From assembly GCA_965279375.1 (NCBI GenBank), contig OZ257156.1, positions 3,456,001 to 3,520,000 on the forward strand: a DNA stretch of 64,000 nucleotides, read 5' to 3'. The translations under genes were made by a program, and so were the position numbers. Of this stretch, positions 1 through 9,806 are shown piece by piece. Position 1 is the stretch's first letter. Each line of letters begins with the position of its first letter. Below the pieces are notes generated by a model. It saw only the letters and a program-made list of their open reading frames with translations. It searched no databases and was not told where the DNA came from. The stretch comes from Gemmatimonas sp. Lineage in GTDB: Bacteria; Gemmatimonadota; Gemmatimonadetes; Gemmatimonadales; Gemmatimonadaceae.

Positions 1-2041
1 CATCAAGGAAAACGCGACGTCGTACATCGGTGAATTGAACTCGCAGATCGGTTCGAACATGTCGAACCAGATCATCGCCGGTTACACCACGAACGACGAA
101 AGCCGCGAGTCGAAGGGCACGCTCTTCCCGCTCGTGGACATCAACAACAACGGCACGAACTACCTCTCGTTCGGCTTCGAGCCGTTCACGCCGAACAACG
201 TGCTGAAGTACAACACGTGGCAGTTCCAGGACAACTTCACCATCTACACCGACAAGCACGACCTCACCTTCGGTGTGACGGCGCAGCGCTACAAGTCCGA
301 CAACGGCTTCTCGCCGGGTCTGCAGAGCGCGTACGTGTACAACTCGCTCGCCGACTTCTACGCAGACGCGAATGGCTTCCTGGCGAACCCGACGCGCACG
401 ACGTCGCCGGTCTCGCTCAGCCGCTTCCAGGTCCGTTACAACAACATCCCGGGCCTCGACGCACCGATCCAGCCGCTGCGTGTGAACACGTACGGCGCCT
501 ACGCACAGGACGAATGGCGTGCGACGCGCAACCTCAAGGTCACGATGGGGCTGCGTATCGACGTGCCGATGTTCGAGAACACGGCGTTCAACAACTCGCA
601 GGCCAACGCGCTGACGTTCCGCGACGAGACCGGCGCGGCCGTCAAGTACAACACTGGCAAGCTGCCGGACGCCAACCCGCTGATCTCGCCGCGCGTCGGC
701 TTCAACTGGGACGTGCAGGGCGATCGTCGCACGATCGTCCGCGGCGGTACCGGTATCTTCAGCGGCACGCCGCCGTACGTCTGGATCTCCAACCAGCTCG
801 GCAACACCGGCGTGCTGACCGGCTTCGACCAGCGCGACAACACCACCACGCGCCCGTTCAATCCGAACCCGGATACGTACAAGCCGACGACGGTGACCGG
901 CGCGCCGGCTCCCACGTACGAGCTCAACGTGACGGCGCAGGACTACAAGTTCTCGCAGGTGTGGCGCACGAACCTCGCCGTTGACCGTCGCCTCCCGTGG
1001 GGCTTCATCGGCACGTTCGAAGGCCTCTACAGCACCGAAGTGAACGGCCCGTACTACATCAACGCGAACCTCCCGGCCGCCAACTCCGCCTTCACGGGCG
1101 CTGACAAGCGTCCGCGTTGGACCGCTGGCAACAACCGTATCAACAGCAACGTCAGCGCCGCGTACGTCATCAGCAACGCGACCACGGGCTACTCGTACAA
1201 CCTCTCCGGCTCACTCGCGAAGTCGTTCACCAACGGCTTCTTCGCCAAGGCGGCCTACGCCTATGGCGTGTCGAAGAACTCGTACGATCCGGGCTCGACG
1301 GCCGCCACGAACTGGACGGCGAACGCGCAGGCCGGTGACCCGAACAATCCGGGCGTGCAGTTCTCGCAGTACTCCCCGGGACACCGAGTCTTCCTCGCGC
1401 TGTCGTACCGCAAGGAGTACTTCAAGTTCGGCGCGACGTCGATCTCGCTCTTCACGGAAGGCCGCACGCAGGGCAACACGTCGTACACGTTCAGCGCGGA
1501 CGCCAACGGCGACGCCGCTGCCGCGAACGACTTGATCTACATCCCGCGCAACGCCTCGGAAATGAACTTCCAGCAGTACGGCGTGAACGCGGCCGGCACG
1601 GTCGTCACGACGAACCCGGTGCGCGTCTTCACCGTCGCCGAGCAGCAGACGGCATGGGAAGCGTACATCCAGCAGGACAAATACCTCTCCTCGCGCCGCG
1701 GCCAGTACGCCGAGCGTGGTGCGGTCTTCCTGCCGATTCTCTTCCGCAGCGACCTTGGCGTCACGCAGGAAATCTTCCAGAACGTCGGCGGCAAGCGGAA
1801 CACGATCGCGATCCGCTTCGACATCCTGAACCTCGACAACTTGCTCAACAAGAAGTGGGGCGCGGGTGACCGCCTGGTCTCCAGCACGCCGCTCCTGCCG
1901 CAGGGTGCGGATGCCAACGGCGCGCTGCTCTATCGTCTGCGCAACTTCGGCACGAACCTCATCAACACCACGTACCAGCACACGGCCGGTATCTCCGACG
2001 TGTGGCGTATGCAGTTGGGCGTGCGGTACACGTTCAACTAA
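1..2041 (+). CDS. TonB-dependent receptor, Oar-like (5'-truncated by window edge)
   Basis: Open frame runs from the window start to TAA at 2039-2041. It has beta-barrel-like N/G/T/Y-rich sequence, 'YAQDEW' and 'SPRVGFNWD' motifs, a C-terminal 'QLGVRYTFN' OMP signature and strong codon bias. Confidence 0.9.
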   Translation, partial: IKENATSYIGELNSQIGSNMSNQIIAGYTTNDESRESKGTLFPLVDINNNGTNYLSFGFEPFTPNNVLKYNTWQFQDNFTIYTDKHDLTFGVTAQRYKSDNGFSPGLQSAYVYNSLADFYADANGFLANPTRTTSPVSLSRFQVRYNNIPGLDAPIQPLRVNTYGAYAQDEWRATRNLKVTMGLRIDVPMFENTAFNNSQANALTFRDETGAAVKYNTGKLPDANPLISPRVGFNWDVQGDRRTIVRGGTGIFSGTPPYVWISNQLGNTGVLTGFDQRDNTTTRPFNPNPDTYKPTTVTGAPAPTYELNVTAQDYKFSQVWRTNLAVDRRLPWGFIGTFEGLYSTEVNGPYYINANLPAANSAFTGADKRPRWTAGNNRINSNVSAAYVISNATTGYSYNLSGSLAKSFTNGFFAKAAYAYGVSKNSYDPGSTAATNWTANAQAGDPNNPGVQFSQYSPGHRVFLALSYRKEYFKFGATSISLFTEGRTQGNTSYTFSADANGDAAAANDLIYIPRNASEMNFQQYGVNAAGTVVTTNPVRVFTVAEQQTAWEAYIQQDKYLSSRRGQYAERGAVFLPILFRSDLGVTQEIFQNVGGKRNTIAIRFDILNLDNLLNKKWGAGDRLVSSTPLLPQGADANGALLYRLRNFGTNLINTTYQHTAGISDVWRMQLGVRYTFN

Positions 2042-2065
2042 GGCCTCGCGCCGATCGCTGTTCGC

Positions 2066-2109
2066 AACGAGCCGCCACCGATTCCGGTGGCGGCTCGTTT
2101 GCTTTTCCT
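2066..2109 (+). terminator. Intrinsic terminator
   Basis: 15-bp perfect stem AACGAGCCGCCACCG-attc-CGGTGGCGGCTCGTT followed by TGCTTTTCC, just downstream of the receptor gene. Confidence 0.8.
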
Positions 2110-2234
2110 CGCGCGTCGCCTCGCGTGTACGGCTTGACACGATTCGTCGCGCACATCAGTCTGACGTCCTGGCCGTCGCGCCGGCCGAGCCCTCACGGCG
2201 CCTGCGCATTCCGACTCTTCCACTGCCCGCATCC

Positions 2235-3242
2235 ATGTCAATCGTTTCGGCCGCGCACTGGCACGCTGCTCGCCGTTTCCTCGTTGCGGGGACGGTGCTC
2301 GCGACTGCCTGCGGTGGTGAACCCAAACTGCCGCCCATCGAAAGCGCGGCGCACCTGAGCGAGTGGAATGCCTGGAAGGCGAAGCGCGTTGCGTTTCTCT
2401 CGACCCCAGGGCGTCCGATGTCCTACACGGCGCTCACCTGGATCGCGGAAGGGCCAACGACCATTGGCGGCGACTCGAGCAATACGGTTCGGCTGGTCGG
2501 ACGCGATGTACCGCCCAAGCTTGGCACGCTGATTCGCACCGGCACCACCGTGCGATTCGAGCCTATGGTGGGTGTCACGGCGACGATCGACAGTCAGCCC
2601 GCGGCGGCGACCGCGCTGCGCACCGATGCGGTGCCCAACCCGTCCATCGTGTCGGCGGGGACGGCGGGCTTCCGCATCGTGCAGCGTGTGGACTCGATGG
2701 GCGTGCGCGCGTGGGATGCGGACAAGGTCACCCCCGAGGCGATCGCCAAGCAGATCGCGCCGCTCGAGTACTTCGAACTCAACCCCGCGTGGCGCATCGC
2801 CGGGCGCTTGGTGGAGCGTGAAAAGCCAGAGACATTGGCCGTCGCCACCAGCGCAGGCGTGGCCGAGGTGCACATCATCGTTGGCATGGTCGCGGCGAGC
2901 GTTGGCGGACAGCCGGTGAATCTCACGGCCTACGCGGGCGCCAACCCCACGGACCTGTTCTTTACCTTCAGCGACGAGTCGAGCGGCGAAGACACGTACG
3001 GCTTTCGCTTTCTGCACGCGGCGCTCGATCCGAAGACGAATATCGTCACCCTCGACTTCAACTTCGCCTACAACCCGGATTGCGCCTTCTCAGCGTACAC
3101 CACGTGTCCGCTCCCGCCCGACGAGAACCGCATCGGTGTGCGCATCCCCGCCGGCGAACGCGCGGTGCGCTATCTCGCCGATGAGTCCAACGGTGCTCGT
3201 GCCAAAGCGCTGGCCGACAAAGTGCGCGGAAGCAAGCCGTGA
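2235..3242 (+). CDS. DUF1684 family exported/lipoprotein
   Basis: ATG at 2235, lipobox-like 'LATACG', and the C-terminal 'LDFNFAYNPDCAFSAYTTCPLPP.EN' motif typical of DUF1684. Confidence 0.8.
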   Translation: MSIVSAAHWHAARRFLVAGTVLATACGGEPKLPPIESAAHLSEWNAWKAKRVAFLSTPGRPMSYTALTWIAEGPTTIGGDSSNTVRLVGRDVPPKLGTLIRTGTTVRFEPMVGVTATIDSQPAAATALRTDAVPNPSIVSAGTAGFRIVQRVDSMGVRAWDADKVTPEAIAKQIAPLEYFELNPAWRIAGRLVEREKPETLAVATSAGVAEVHIIVGMVAASVGGQPVNLTAYAGANPTDLFFTFSDESSGEDTYGFRFLHAALDPKTNIVTLDFNFAYNPDCAFSAYTTCPLPPDENRIGVRIPAGERAVRYLADESNGARAKALADKVRGSKP

Positions 3243-3793
3243 GTGCTCGATTGCGCCCAGCGGTTGTGGTGGTCGCTGCGCTCGTTTCGGCATTGGCTAC
3301 GGCGTGCGGCAAGTCCGCCAGCGACGAGCGGAGCGCTCCCACCACGCGCAAGCCGCCCGTGGCGACGGGCTCGATCGCGCCAGCGTACACCGACACGGCG
3401 TTGACCGGTGCCGCGGTGGCGTTCGGCGGTGCCACCAGCGAACTCACGCTGGTGAACGTCTGGGCCACGTGGTGTCGCTCCTGCAAGGAGGAGTTCGCCG
3501 AACTCGAACGCATACGGCTCGCGCATGAGGGGCAGGGGCTGCACGTCGTCGCCGTCAGCGTGGATCAGGGCGGCTCCGCCAAGGTGCAGAACTTCGTTGC
3601 TGCGCAGGGGAGTCGTTTTCCCGTCGTGCACGACAAGAAGGCGCGCATCTCGTCGGAGTACGGTGTCAGCGGATTGCCGTCCACCTATCTGATCGGCCGG
3701 GATGGCCGTGTGCTCTGGTCGCTGACAGGGAGCTTTCTCGAAGACAGTGCCGCGATGTACGCGGCTATTCGGAAAGCCGTCGCGGCGCCGTAG
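3239..3793 (+). CDS. TlpA-family thiol:disulfide oxidoreductase (lipoprotein)
   Basis: 'NVWATWCRSC' CxxC motif, 'GLPSTYLIGRDG' cis-Pro loop and lipobox 'LATACG'. GTGA overlap with the upstream gene. Confidence 0.85.
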   Translation: MSARLRPAVVVVAALVSALATACGKSASDERSAPTTRKPPVATGSIAPAYTDTALTGAAVAFGGATSELTLVNVWATWCRSCKEEFAELERIRLAHEGQGLHVVAVSVDQGGSAKVQNFVAAQGSRFPVVHDKKARISSEYGVSGLPSTYLIGRDGRVLWSLTGSFLEDSAAMYAAIRKAVAAP

Positions 3794-3828
3794 CACCGCT
3801 CCCACAGCGCTGCAGACGTGCGTTGGTC

Positions 3829-4539
3829 CTATCGCGGGCCGCGACCGGGAGCAGGGTTGCCTAGCGCGGGCTTGGTCACGCGAAACGCGAAGCTCTGCTC
3901 AACAAGCTGTGGCACCACGCGCCCGCGCAACCAGGCGGGTTTGAACTTCATGCGCGGCAGCGCTGCTCGCACCGCGGCCGTGAACGCGCTATCGGTGGAC
4001 TGCGCGACCTTGAAGGACTCGAGCGTCACGCGACCCGTGGTGTCCACGACGAACTGCGCCAACACCACGCCCTCCACCTGCTTCGCGAGCAACTCGGGAG
4101 GGTATGCCGGCCCTTCGCTCATCGGATCGGTTTCCACGAGTGAGTCGACCTCGATTTCCGAGAGCGCACGCTGCGGATCACTGGGAGTCTGAGCGGGCGA
4201 CGAGAGCGCGGCGGGATTCTCCACCATCGGCGCTGCTTCCGAGATCTGCTTCGTTGGCACCTTGGACGACACCGCCGAAGGCGGCACGGGTGCTCCGGCA
4301 ATGCCGACGAAGTGCAACTGCTCCTGGGCTGCACGCGCAGGGCGTTGGTCCTTGGGGGCCAAAAAGAACGGACGCTTCTCGGGGTCCTGGTCGGGGGAGT
4401 CGTCCGGCAGGTTGGCCACACCGACCGCGCCCACGATCAGCAACACTTCGGCGACGGTGCCGAGCGTGATCTGCGAGAGCTGTCGCATGAGGTAGTGTCG
4501 CGACGACTCCAGAAGTGTCAGTCCATGATGTGCAGGCAT
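3829..4539 (-). CDS. tonB: Energy transducer TonB family protein
   Basis: N-terminal hydrophobic segment, Pro-rich linker and TonB_C motifs 'PAYPPELL..QVEGVVLAQFVVDTTGRV' and 'MKFKPA'. Start is uncertain (4539 or 4488). Confidence 0.75.
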   Translation of the reverse strand: MPAHHGLTLLESSRHYLMRQLSQITLGTVAEVLLIVGAVGVANLPDDSPDQDPEKRPFFLAPKDQRPARAAQEQLHFVGIAGAPVPPSAVSSKVPTKQISEAAPMVENPAALSSPAQTPSDPQRALSEIEVDSLVETDPMSEGPAYPPELLAKQVEGVVLAQFVVDTTGRVTLESFKVAQSTDSAFTAAVRAALPRMKFKPAWLRGRVVPQLVEQSFAFRVTKPALGNPAPGRGPR

Positions 4540-4719
4540 GGGGAGTATCTCGGGGCGGCGCGACGCAGACGGACGTCCGTGGATGTTGGACAACGAGACA
4601 GACGGAATGTGTGCACCAGTACGGCGGGGCGCGACCCGTGCCCCCCTTGCCCTCTGAGAGACGCTCCACAGGTTCAGGGTATTCCTTCCGCCGCCTCCTC
4701 CCTGTCTCAACACCTCTCC

Positions 4720-5274
4720 ATGCTGCTTCGTCACCTGCTCATCCCCGCCGTCGTCGCGGCTGCCCCCTTCGCGCCAAGCATTCACTCGGCGACTGCGTCC
4801 GTGGTGCAGTCCACGGTCACGCTGCTGGAATACCAGGCGGCGGTCCCCAAGGGGTGGAGCGCTCGCGCCGCGTCGTCGAGCATGCGACTGGCTGAGTTCA
4901 CCACGGGGACGGCGTCCGTGCCGGGCGCGGAAGTCATCGTGTACTTCTTTGGCCCGGGCCAGGGCGGGCCGGTGGATGCGAATCTCGCGCGTTGGAAGGG
5001 ACAGTTCACCAATCCGGCGGGAGGCGCGGTCTACGAGAAGGTCACCACAGACAAGTCGGGCGCATTCCCGCTGACGCTGGCCGAGTACCGCGGCACCTAT
5101 GCGCGCGGCGTTGGCAACGGCTCGAGCGCGGAGGCCGCCCGTCCGAATCATGTCCTTGTGGCGGCAGTGGCCGAGACGCCCAAGGGAACGCTGTTCTTCC
5201 AGCTCTTCGGCCCGGCAGCTGCCGTTGAAGCGCAGCGCGCGGCATACGTCGCCTTCGTGAAAAGCCTTAAGTAG
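4720..5274 (+). CDS. Hypothetical exported protein
   Basis: ATG 4720 with a signal-peptide-like N-terminus, conserved-looking 'GQGGPVDANLARWKGQF' and good codon usage. Confidence 0.7.
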   Translation: MLLRHLLIPAVVAAAPFAPSIHSATASVVQSTVTLLEYQAAVPKGWSARAASSSMRLAEFTTGTASVPGAEVIVYFFGPGQGGPVDANLARWKGQFTNPAGGAVYEKVTTDKSGAFPLTLAEYRGTYARGVGNGSSAEAARPNHVLVAAVAETPKGTLFFQLFGPAAAVEAQRAAYVAFVKSLK

Positions 5275-5356
5275 TCGGCATCGACACCCGCAGTAGGCGC
5301 CCACGTTCCGCTCCGGTATCTCGACTCCTCACGTCTTCACGACTGAACCAATCGCC

Positions 5357-6292
5357 ATGCTACGCTCACTCGTTCGCGCGTCGTTCGCCGCGCTTTGCCT
5401 CGCCACTGCCGCCCACGCGCAGCCAATGGCGCAGGCCAAGATCATCGGACGCTGGGACTTCACCGTACAGGGGACCGATGGTCCGTTCCCGTCGTGGCTC
5501 GAGGTGAGGCTCTCCGGCAATCGCACGTTAGTCGGCTCGTTCGTCGGCCGTGGTGGAAGCGCGCGCCCGATTTCCAAGATCGACTACGCGGACGGCGTCG
5601 TGAAGTTCGCCGTGCCGCCGCAATGGGAGCAGGGCACGCTCGACTTCAAGTTCGAAGGAAAGCTCGACGGCGACGCGCTATCTGGCTGGATGACTGACGC
5701 CGACGGCGCAAAGATGAATTGGACGGCGGTGCGCGCACCGTCGCTCTGGCGCACTGCGGAGCCGGTATGGGGCGCGCCGATCGCGATTTTCAACGGCAAG
5801 GACACTAGCGGCTGGGACGCGTCGGGCCCCAACAATCAGTGGACGGTCATCAACGGCATCCTGACCAATCCCAAGCCGGGCGCCAATTTCTTCACCAAGC
5901 AGACCTTCAACGACTTCAAGCTGCACGCGGAATTCCGCTACCCGAAGGGTGGCAACAGCGGTGTTTATCTGCGTGGTCGCTACGAGGTACAGATCGAAGA
6001 CAGCAAGGGGATGGAGCCGGGCAGCCTGCATTTGGGCGGCGTGTATGGATTTCTCACGCCGAACGAAAACGCAGCGTTGGCTGCCGGCGAGTGGCAGACG
6101 TACGACATCACGCTCGTGGGACGTCTCGTGACGGTGGTGCTCAACGGAAAGACGGTGATCTCTCGCCAGAACATCCCGGGCATCACCGGTGGTGCGATGA
6201 GCAGCGCGGAAGGAACTCCCGGTCCGATCATGCTGCAGGGTGACCACACGGCCGTGGAGTTCCGGAAGATCGTGCTGACACCCGCCAAGTAG
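5357..6292 (+). CDS. DUF1080 / 3-keto-disaccharide hydrolase family protein
   Basis: Signal peptide plus 'IFNGKDTSGW', 'NSGVYLRGRYEVQI', 'GEWQTYDI' and 'GPIMLQGDH..VEFRKI'. Confidence 0.85.
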   Translation: MLRSLVRASFAALCLATAAHAQPMAQAKIIGRWDFTVQGTDGPFPSWLEVRLSGNRTLVGSFVGRGGSARPISKIDYADGVVKFAVPPQWEQGTLDFKFEGKLDGDALSGWMTDADGAKMNWTAVRAPSLWRTAEPVWGAPIAIFNGKDTSGWDASGPNNQWTVINGILTNPKPGANFFTKQTFNDFKLHAEFRYPKGGNSGVYLRGRYEVQIEDSKGMEPGSLHLGGVYGFLTPNENAALAAGEWQTYDITLVGRLVTVVLNGKTVISRQNIPGITGGAMSSAEGTPGPIMLQGDHTAVEFRKIVLTPAK

Positions 6293-6338
6293 CGTTGTCG
6301 GACCACGCAGGCTGAACGTGATATCCAAGTCCGCCCGA

Positions 6339-7532
6339 ATGCTCGGCAGGTCAGTCGCCAGAAAGGTGGCGGCACTTTCGCTGATCTGTGCGTCTGCGGT
6401 AACCACCGCAGACGCTGCAGCGCCGGCGACCGAGTCGCGCACGGTGCGCATCGATTCGAAGATTCTCGGGGATTTCCGCACGCTGCACATCAGCCTCCCG
6501 CCAAACTACCGGCTGGCGAAGCAGCGCTACTCCGTGGTCTATGTGCTCGACGGACACGTGCGTCCGTTTTTCGAGATGACGGTCGCAGCGGCCGGGTACG
6601 ATCTGCTCGGCGACTATCACGACTATGCGATGCCGCCGCAGATCGTCGTGGCCATCGAACACAAGGATCGTGGCGCTGACTTGGGCCGCAACGCCGAGCA
6701 GTTCACGCGCTTCCTGGTGCAGGAGCTGATCCCGTACATCGATCGCGAGTATCGCACGGTGCCTTATCGAACGCTGATTGGGCACTCGCTCGGCGGACGC
6801 TTTGCGTTGCAGACATTCTGTCGCGCGCCGGAGCCGTTCCCGGCCATCGTGGCGATCAGCGCGGCGCTTCCCGACTCGTCAATGACGGAAGTGCAGGGGT
6901 GCATGAAGCGCGACTTCGCCAGTGGTCGCTCGCGCATTCGACAGGTCGTGCTGTCCGCTGGCTCGCGCGAAACGCGGCTCATGACCTCCACGCAGAAGAT
7001 GCACGCGTTTCTGCGCGACTCGGCGCCAACCACCTGGCGCACGCTCCTGGTGGACGGCGACGGACTGGGACACACCGATACGCCCTTTGCCACCATTCCA
7101 CCAGCGCTGCGCTTCGTGTTTGATCGCGCGGTCTGGGAGATGCCGATCGCGGCGGCCGACAGCATGATCGAACGCTGGGGCGATCCGCTCGCGCGACTGG
7201 AGCGGCATCGCGTGGCGCTCGCCTCTCGCGTGGGCTACACGCCGGCGCCGAGTGCGAAGTGGCTGGAGTTCGTGGCGAAGACCGCGCTTGCGCGCGTAGA
7301 TGCCGACGGCGCGGTGATGGCTGCCAAACGATTGGTGGAGCTCTACCCCGAAGAGATCATCGGCTTCACGCTGCTCGCCGATGCGTACGTGCAGCAACGC
7401 GATTACGACGGCGCGCGTCGCGCAATCAACGACGCGCTGGCGCTGCTCGACCGGCGTGAGACGTTCGACGAGGGGCAGCGCGAGGTGCAGCGCACGTGGC
7501 TCAGGAGTTCGTTGGCGGGGCTGGCGAAGTAG
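6339..7532 (+). CDS. Exported alpha/beta-hydrolase (IroE/BesA-like esterase) with C-terminal TPR-like helices
   Basis: 'YSVVYVLDG', 'FLVQELIPYID' and nucleophile elbow 'GHSLGG'. Start is 6318 or 6339. Confidence 0.75.
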   Translation: MLGRSVARKVAALSLICASAVTTADAAAPATESRTVRIDSKILGDFRTLHISLPPNYRLAKQRYSVVYVLDGHVRPFFEMTVAAAGYDLLGDYHDYAMPPQIVVAIEHKDRGADLGRNAEQFTRFLVQELIPYIDREYRTVPYRTLIGHSLGGRFALQTFCRAPEPFPAIVAISAALPDSSMTEVQGCMKRDFASGRSRIRQVVLSAGSRETRLMTSTQKMHAFLRDSAPTTWRTLLVDGDGLGHTDTPFATIPPALRFVFDRAVWEMPIAAADSMIERWGDPLARLERHRVALASRVGYTPAPSAKWLEFVAKTALARVDADGAVMAAKRLVELYPEEIIGFTLLADAYVQQRDYDGARRAINDALALLDRRETFDEGQREVQRTWLRSSLAGLAK

Positions 7533-7614
7533 CTGAACCGAAGTCCGTCGCGGTCGGGCAATGACGGTTCGCCGTCGACCGACGGATGTCTGCGCACTCA
7601 CATCCCCAATGCAA

Positions 7615-7646
7615 ACGCGCGCCGCTGAACATTCAGCGGCGCGCGT
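7615..7646 (-). terminator. Hairpin/terminator between convergent genes
   Basis: ACGCGCGCCGCTGAA-ca-TTCAGCGGCGCGCGT inverted repeat with a short T-run on the minus strand. Confidence 0.6.
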
Positions 7647-7668
7647 CGTCGTGTGCTAATCGTGCGAA

Positions 7669-8964
7669 TCAGTTGCCGGGAGGCCGCGGCTGTGCGGTGC
7701 GACCCGAGCCGCCACTCGACGCGCCCGCTGACCCGCTGCTGGACGCGCCGCTCGAGGAGGAGCTGGAGCCGCCGCTCGAGCCGCCGCTGGAGTATCCGCT
7801 GCGCGAATCAGCGCGGCCCGACGGACTCGTCGTGCGCGATGAACCGCCGTCATACGGCCGCGTGTAGCCAGCGCCGTTCACGGCACGACCCTGCGGCGGC
7901 TCGGCGCGCGGCGCGATCACCACGGGGGTCACGCCTGAGTAGTAGCCACCGAAGCCGTAGTATGGGTTTCCCCATAGCCCGTTGCCGTAGAATCCATTGC
8001 CGAAAAACGCGTTTCCGTAGAACCCATTCCGGTAGTACGAATTGCCGTAGAGTCCGAGGCGCATCATGTCGAAGTAGCTGAGCATGCCCCATCCCATCCC
8101 CCACATCGGGAAATCGATCGGCATGTAGCCGATGCTGCTGATCGGCATGCGGCCCCGGTTGTTGGAGGCCACGCGCGTTTGCGGCTGCGCGTCTACGCCA
8201 CCCACCATGCCGTCGGGCGTCTTGCGCACAACGAACATCTTGGGGTTGGACAGTGCGACCATCAGGTCGATAACCCGCGGTTGCATTCCGGCGTCCGACA
8301 GCTTGACGAGGCTATTGGCGTCGAGCTTGAACGGCTGCCCCACATCCGTGAGCCACGCTTCGGCGACGGGGGTGTCGACGGACTTTGCCACTTCGAGGAC
8401 GTCGTCGAGGGAGATCGGGGCGCTCGCCGCGAGGCGCGTGGTCTGCCGGGCGAAGCCGGTGGAGTCGCTCTGCTGCGGAGAAAACGCAGCAACGCGAATC
8501 GAGGAGCGGTCCGCCACAGTCATGCCGTGGACCTGCAGGAATTCACCGGCCGGCGAGATGCCGAGGAGGCCGCTTGAGCGGCGGACGGTGCCGCCCGGGC
8601 AGGTGAACTCCGAGCGTAGAAACACGCGACGGGCGTTGCGCGACCACGAGGCCTGCTCCCAACCCGTGCAGCCGTCGCGGGTCTTGCTGACTTTGCCGCC
8701 GGCCACGTCGAGCGTGTCCGTCTGCACGGTCTTGCCGTCGACGATCGTGAAGATCTCGACGCCGCTGCCCGTGGCCGCTGGCCCGACGCAGACCTCGTTC
8801 TTGGCGGATGGCGAGCCGTCGAGATTGCGCGGCGCGGCGGACTCGGCGCTCCAGCAGCCGAGCCACGGCTGCCAGCGCGCGTCAGCCGATTGTGCGCCTG
8901 CAGGCGCCGAGAATACCGCGGCGGCCGCGAGCGAGCCCATGAGACTACGAACCAGAGTACGCAT
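7669..8964 (-). CDS. Hypothetical exported protein with Gly/Tyr/Asn-repeat and Gly/Ser-rich C-terminus
   Basis: ATG 8964 with signal peptide ('AVFSAPAGAQ'), four Cys in the N-domain and a low-complexity tail. Confidence 0.7.
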   Translation of the reverse strand: MRTLVRSLMGSLAAAAVFSAPAGAQSADARWQPWLGCWSAESAAPRNLDGSPSAKNEVCVGPAATGSGVEIFTIVDGKTVQTDTLDVAGGKVSKTRDGCTGWEQASWSRNARRVFLRSEFTCPGGTVRRSSGLLGISPAGEFLQVHGMTVADRSSIRVAAFSPQQSDSTGFARQTTRLAASAPISLDDVLEVAKSVDTPVAEAWLTDVGQPFKLDANSLVKLSDAGMQPRVIDLMVALSNPKMFVVRKTPDGMVGGVDAQPQTRVASNNRGRMPISSIGYMPIDFPMWGMGWGMLSYFDMMRLGLYGNSYYRNGFYGNAFFGNGFYGNGLWGNPYYGFGGYYSGVTPVVIAPRAEPPQGRAVNGAGYTRPYDGGSSRTTSPSGRADSRSGYSSGGSSGGSSSSSSGASSSGSAGASSGGSGRTAQPRPPGN

Positions 8965-8974
8965 GGCGTGACTC

Positions 8975-9712
8975 CTAGAACCGAAGGGAAAGGCCAACAC
9001 TGGCGGAGAGCCCCGACAGGTCGATGCGATCAAAGCCTTCAAACACTGAACTCATCGTGGCGCGCGACCGATCGTAGCGCGCTTCGGAGATCAGGCCGAG
9101 CCGAGTGGTGAGGGAGTAGTCTACGCCGCCGGCGGCGTAAGCCATTGGCGACCACCCTTTGGAGGAGAGCTTTGTTGGGAAAACGTCGAGCGTCTGGAAA
9201 TCGACGAAGTCCCCCTCCTGCCGGAAACGATATCCCATCGCGCCCACGCCCGCCGAGACGTATGGCGTGACTTTGGCCGGAACCCATGCCAGCCGGCTGA
9301 TGGAGCGGCCTGGCGAGGTGAGATAGTACTTGGCGCCCAATGTTACCGCTGTGCGACGGAACCCCGTCTGCTGCTCGATCGGGAGGTTGTTATTGTCCAC
9401 CCAATCGCGGAACTCGGAGTTGATATTGCGGTCGCTGAAGCTGAAGCCGAATTGCACATCGACCCGGTCCGCGACTCGAACGCCCAGGTCCGTCACGACG
9501 GTACCGCTGCCAAAGTCGCCCTTGCCGAGGGTGAGCTGCTTGGCGGCGAACGAGAAGACATCGCTGTTGGCCGTGGGGCTGGCAAAGCCGCCGCGGATGG
9601 AGAAGACAGCGGAGGGACGACCGAACAGGAAGCCGTTACCGGCTGTCTGTGCGTGAACTGCGGCGGGCGCTGTCAGCAGACAGGTCAGTGCCGCGGCAAT
9701 GCGGGTGTTCAT
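8975..9712 (-). CDS. Outer-membrane beta-barrel protein
   Basis: Signal peptide ('AAVHAQ'), amphipathic strands ('PYVSAGVG', 'AGGVDY') and C-terminal 'VGLSLRF'. Confidence 0.8.
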   Translation of the reverse strand: MNTRIAAALTCLLTAPAAVHAQTAGNGFLFGRPSAVFSIRGGFASPTANSDVFSFAAKQLTLGKGDFGSGTVVTDLGVRVADRVDVQFGFSFSDRNINSEFRDWVDNNNLPIEQQTGFRRTAVTLGAKYYLTSPGRSISRLAWVPAKVTPYVSAGVGAMGYRFRQEGDFVDFQTLDVFPTKLSSKGWSPMAYAAGGVDYSLTTRLGLISEARYDRSRATMSSVFEGFDRIDLSGLSASVGLSLRF

Positions 9713-9806
9713 TGGGTGCCTCGCGAAGGCGGGGGGAACGGCGCGTGCCGAACGAACCGGCGACCCTAACGATACCAATCCTCAACCGAAAAAGGTTCCA
9801 CGCAAG

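Noticed and set aside
4540..5304. N-terminal half of the 491-aa ORF 3829-5304
   Set aside because: It overlaps the + strand gene 4720-5274 antisense. The TonB-like protein plausibly starts at 4539 or 4488.
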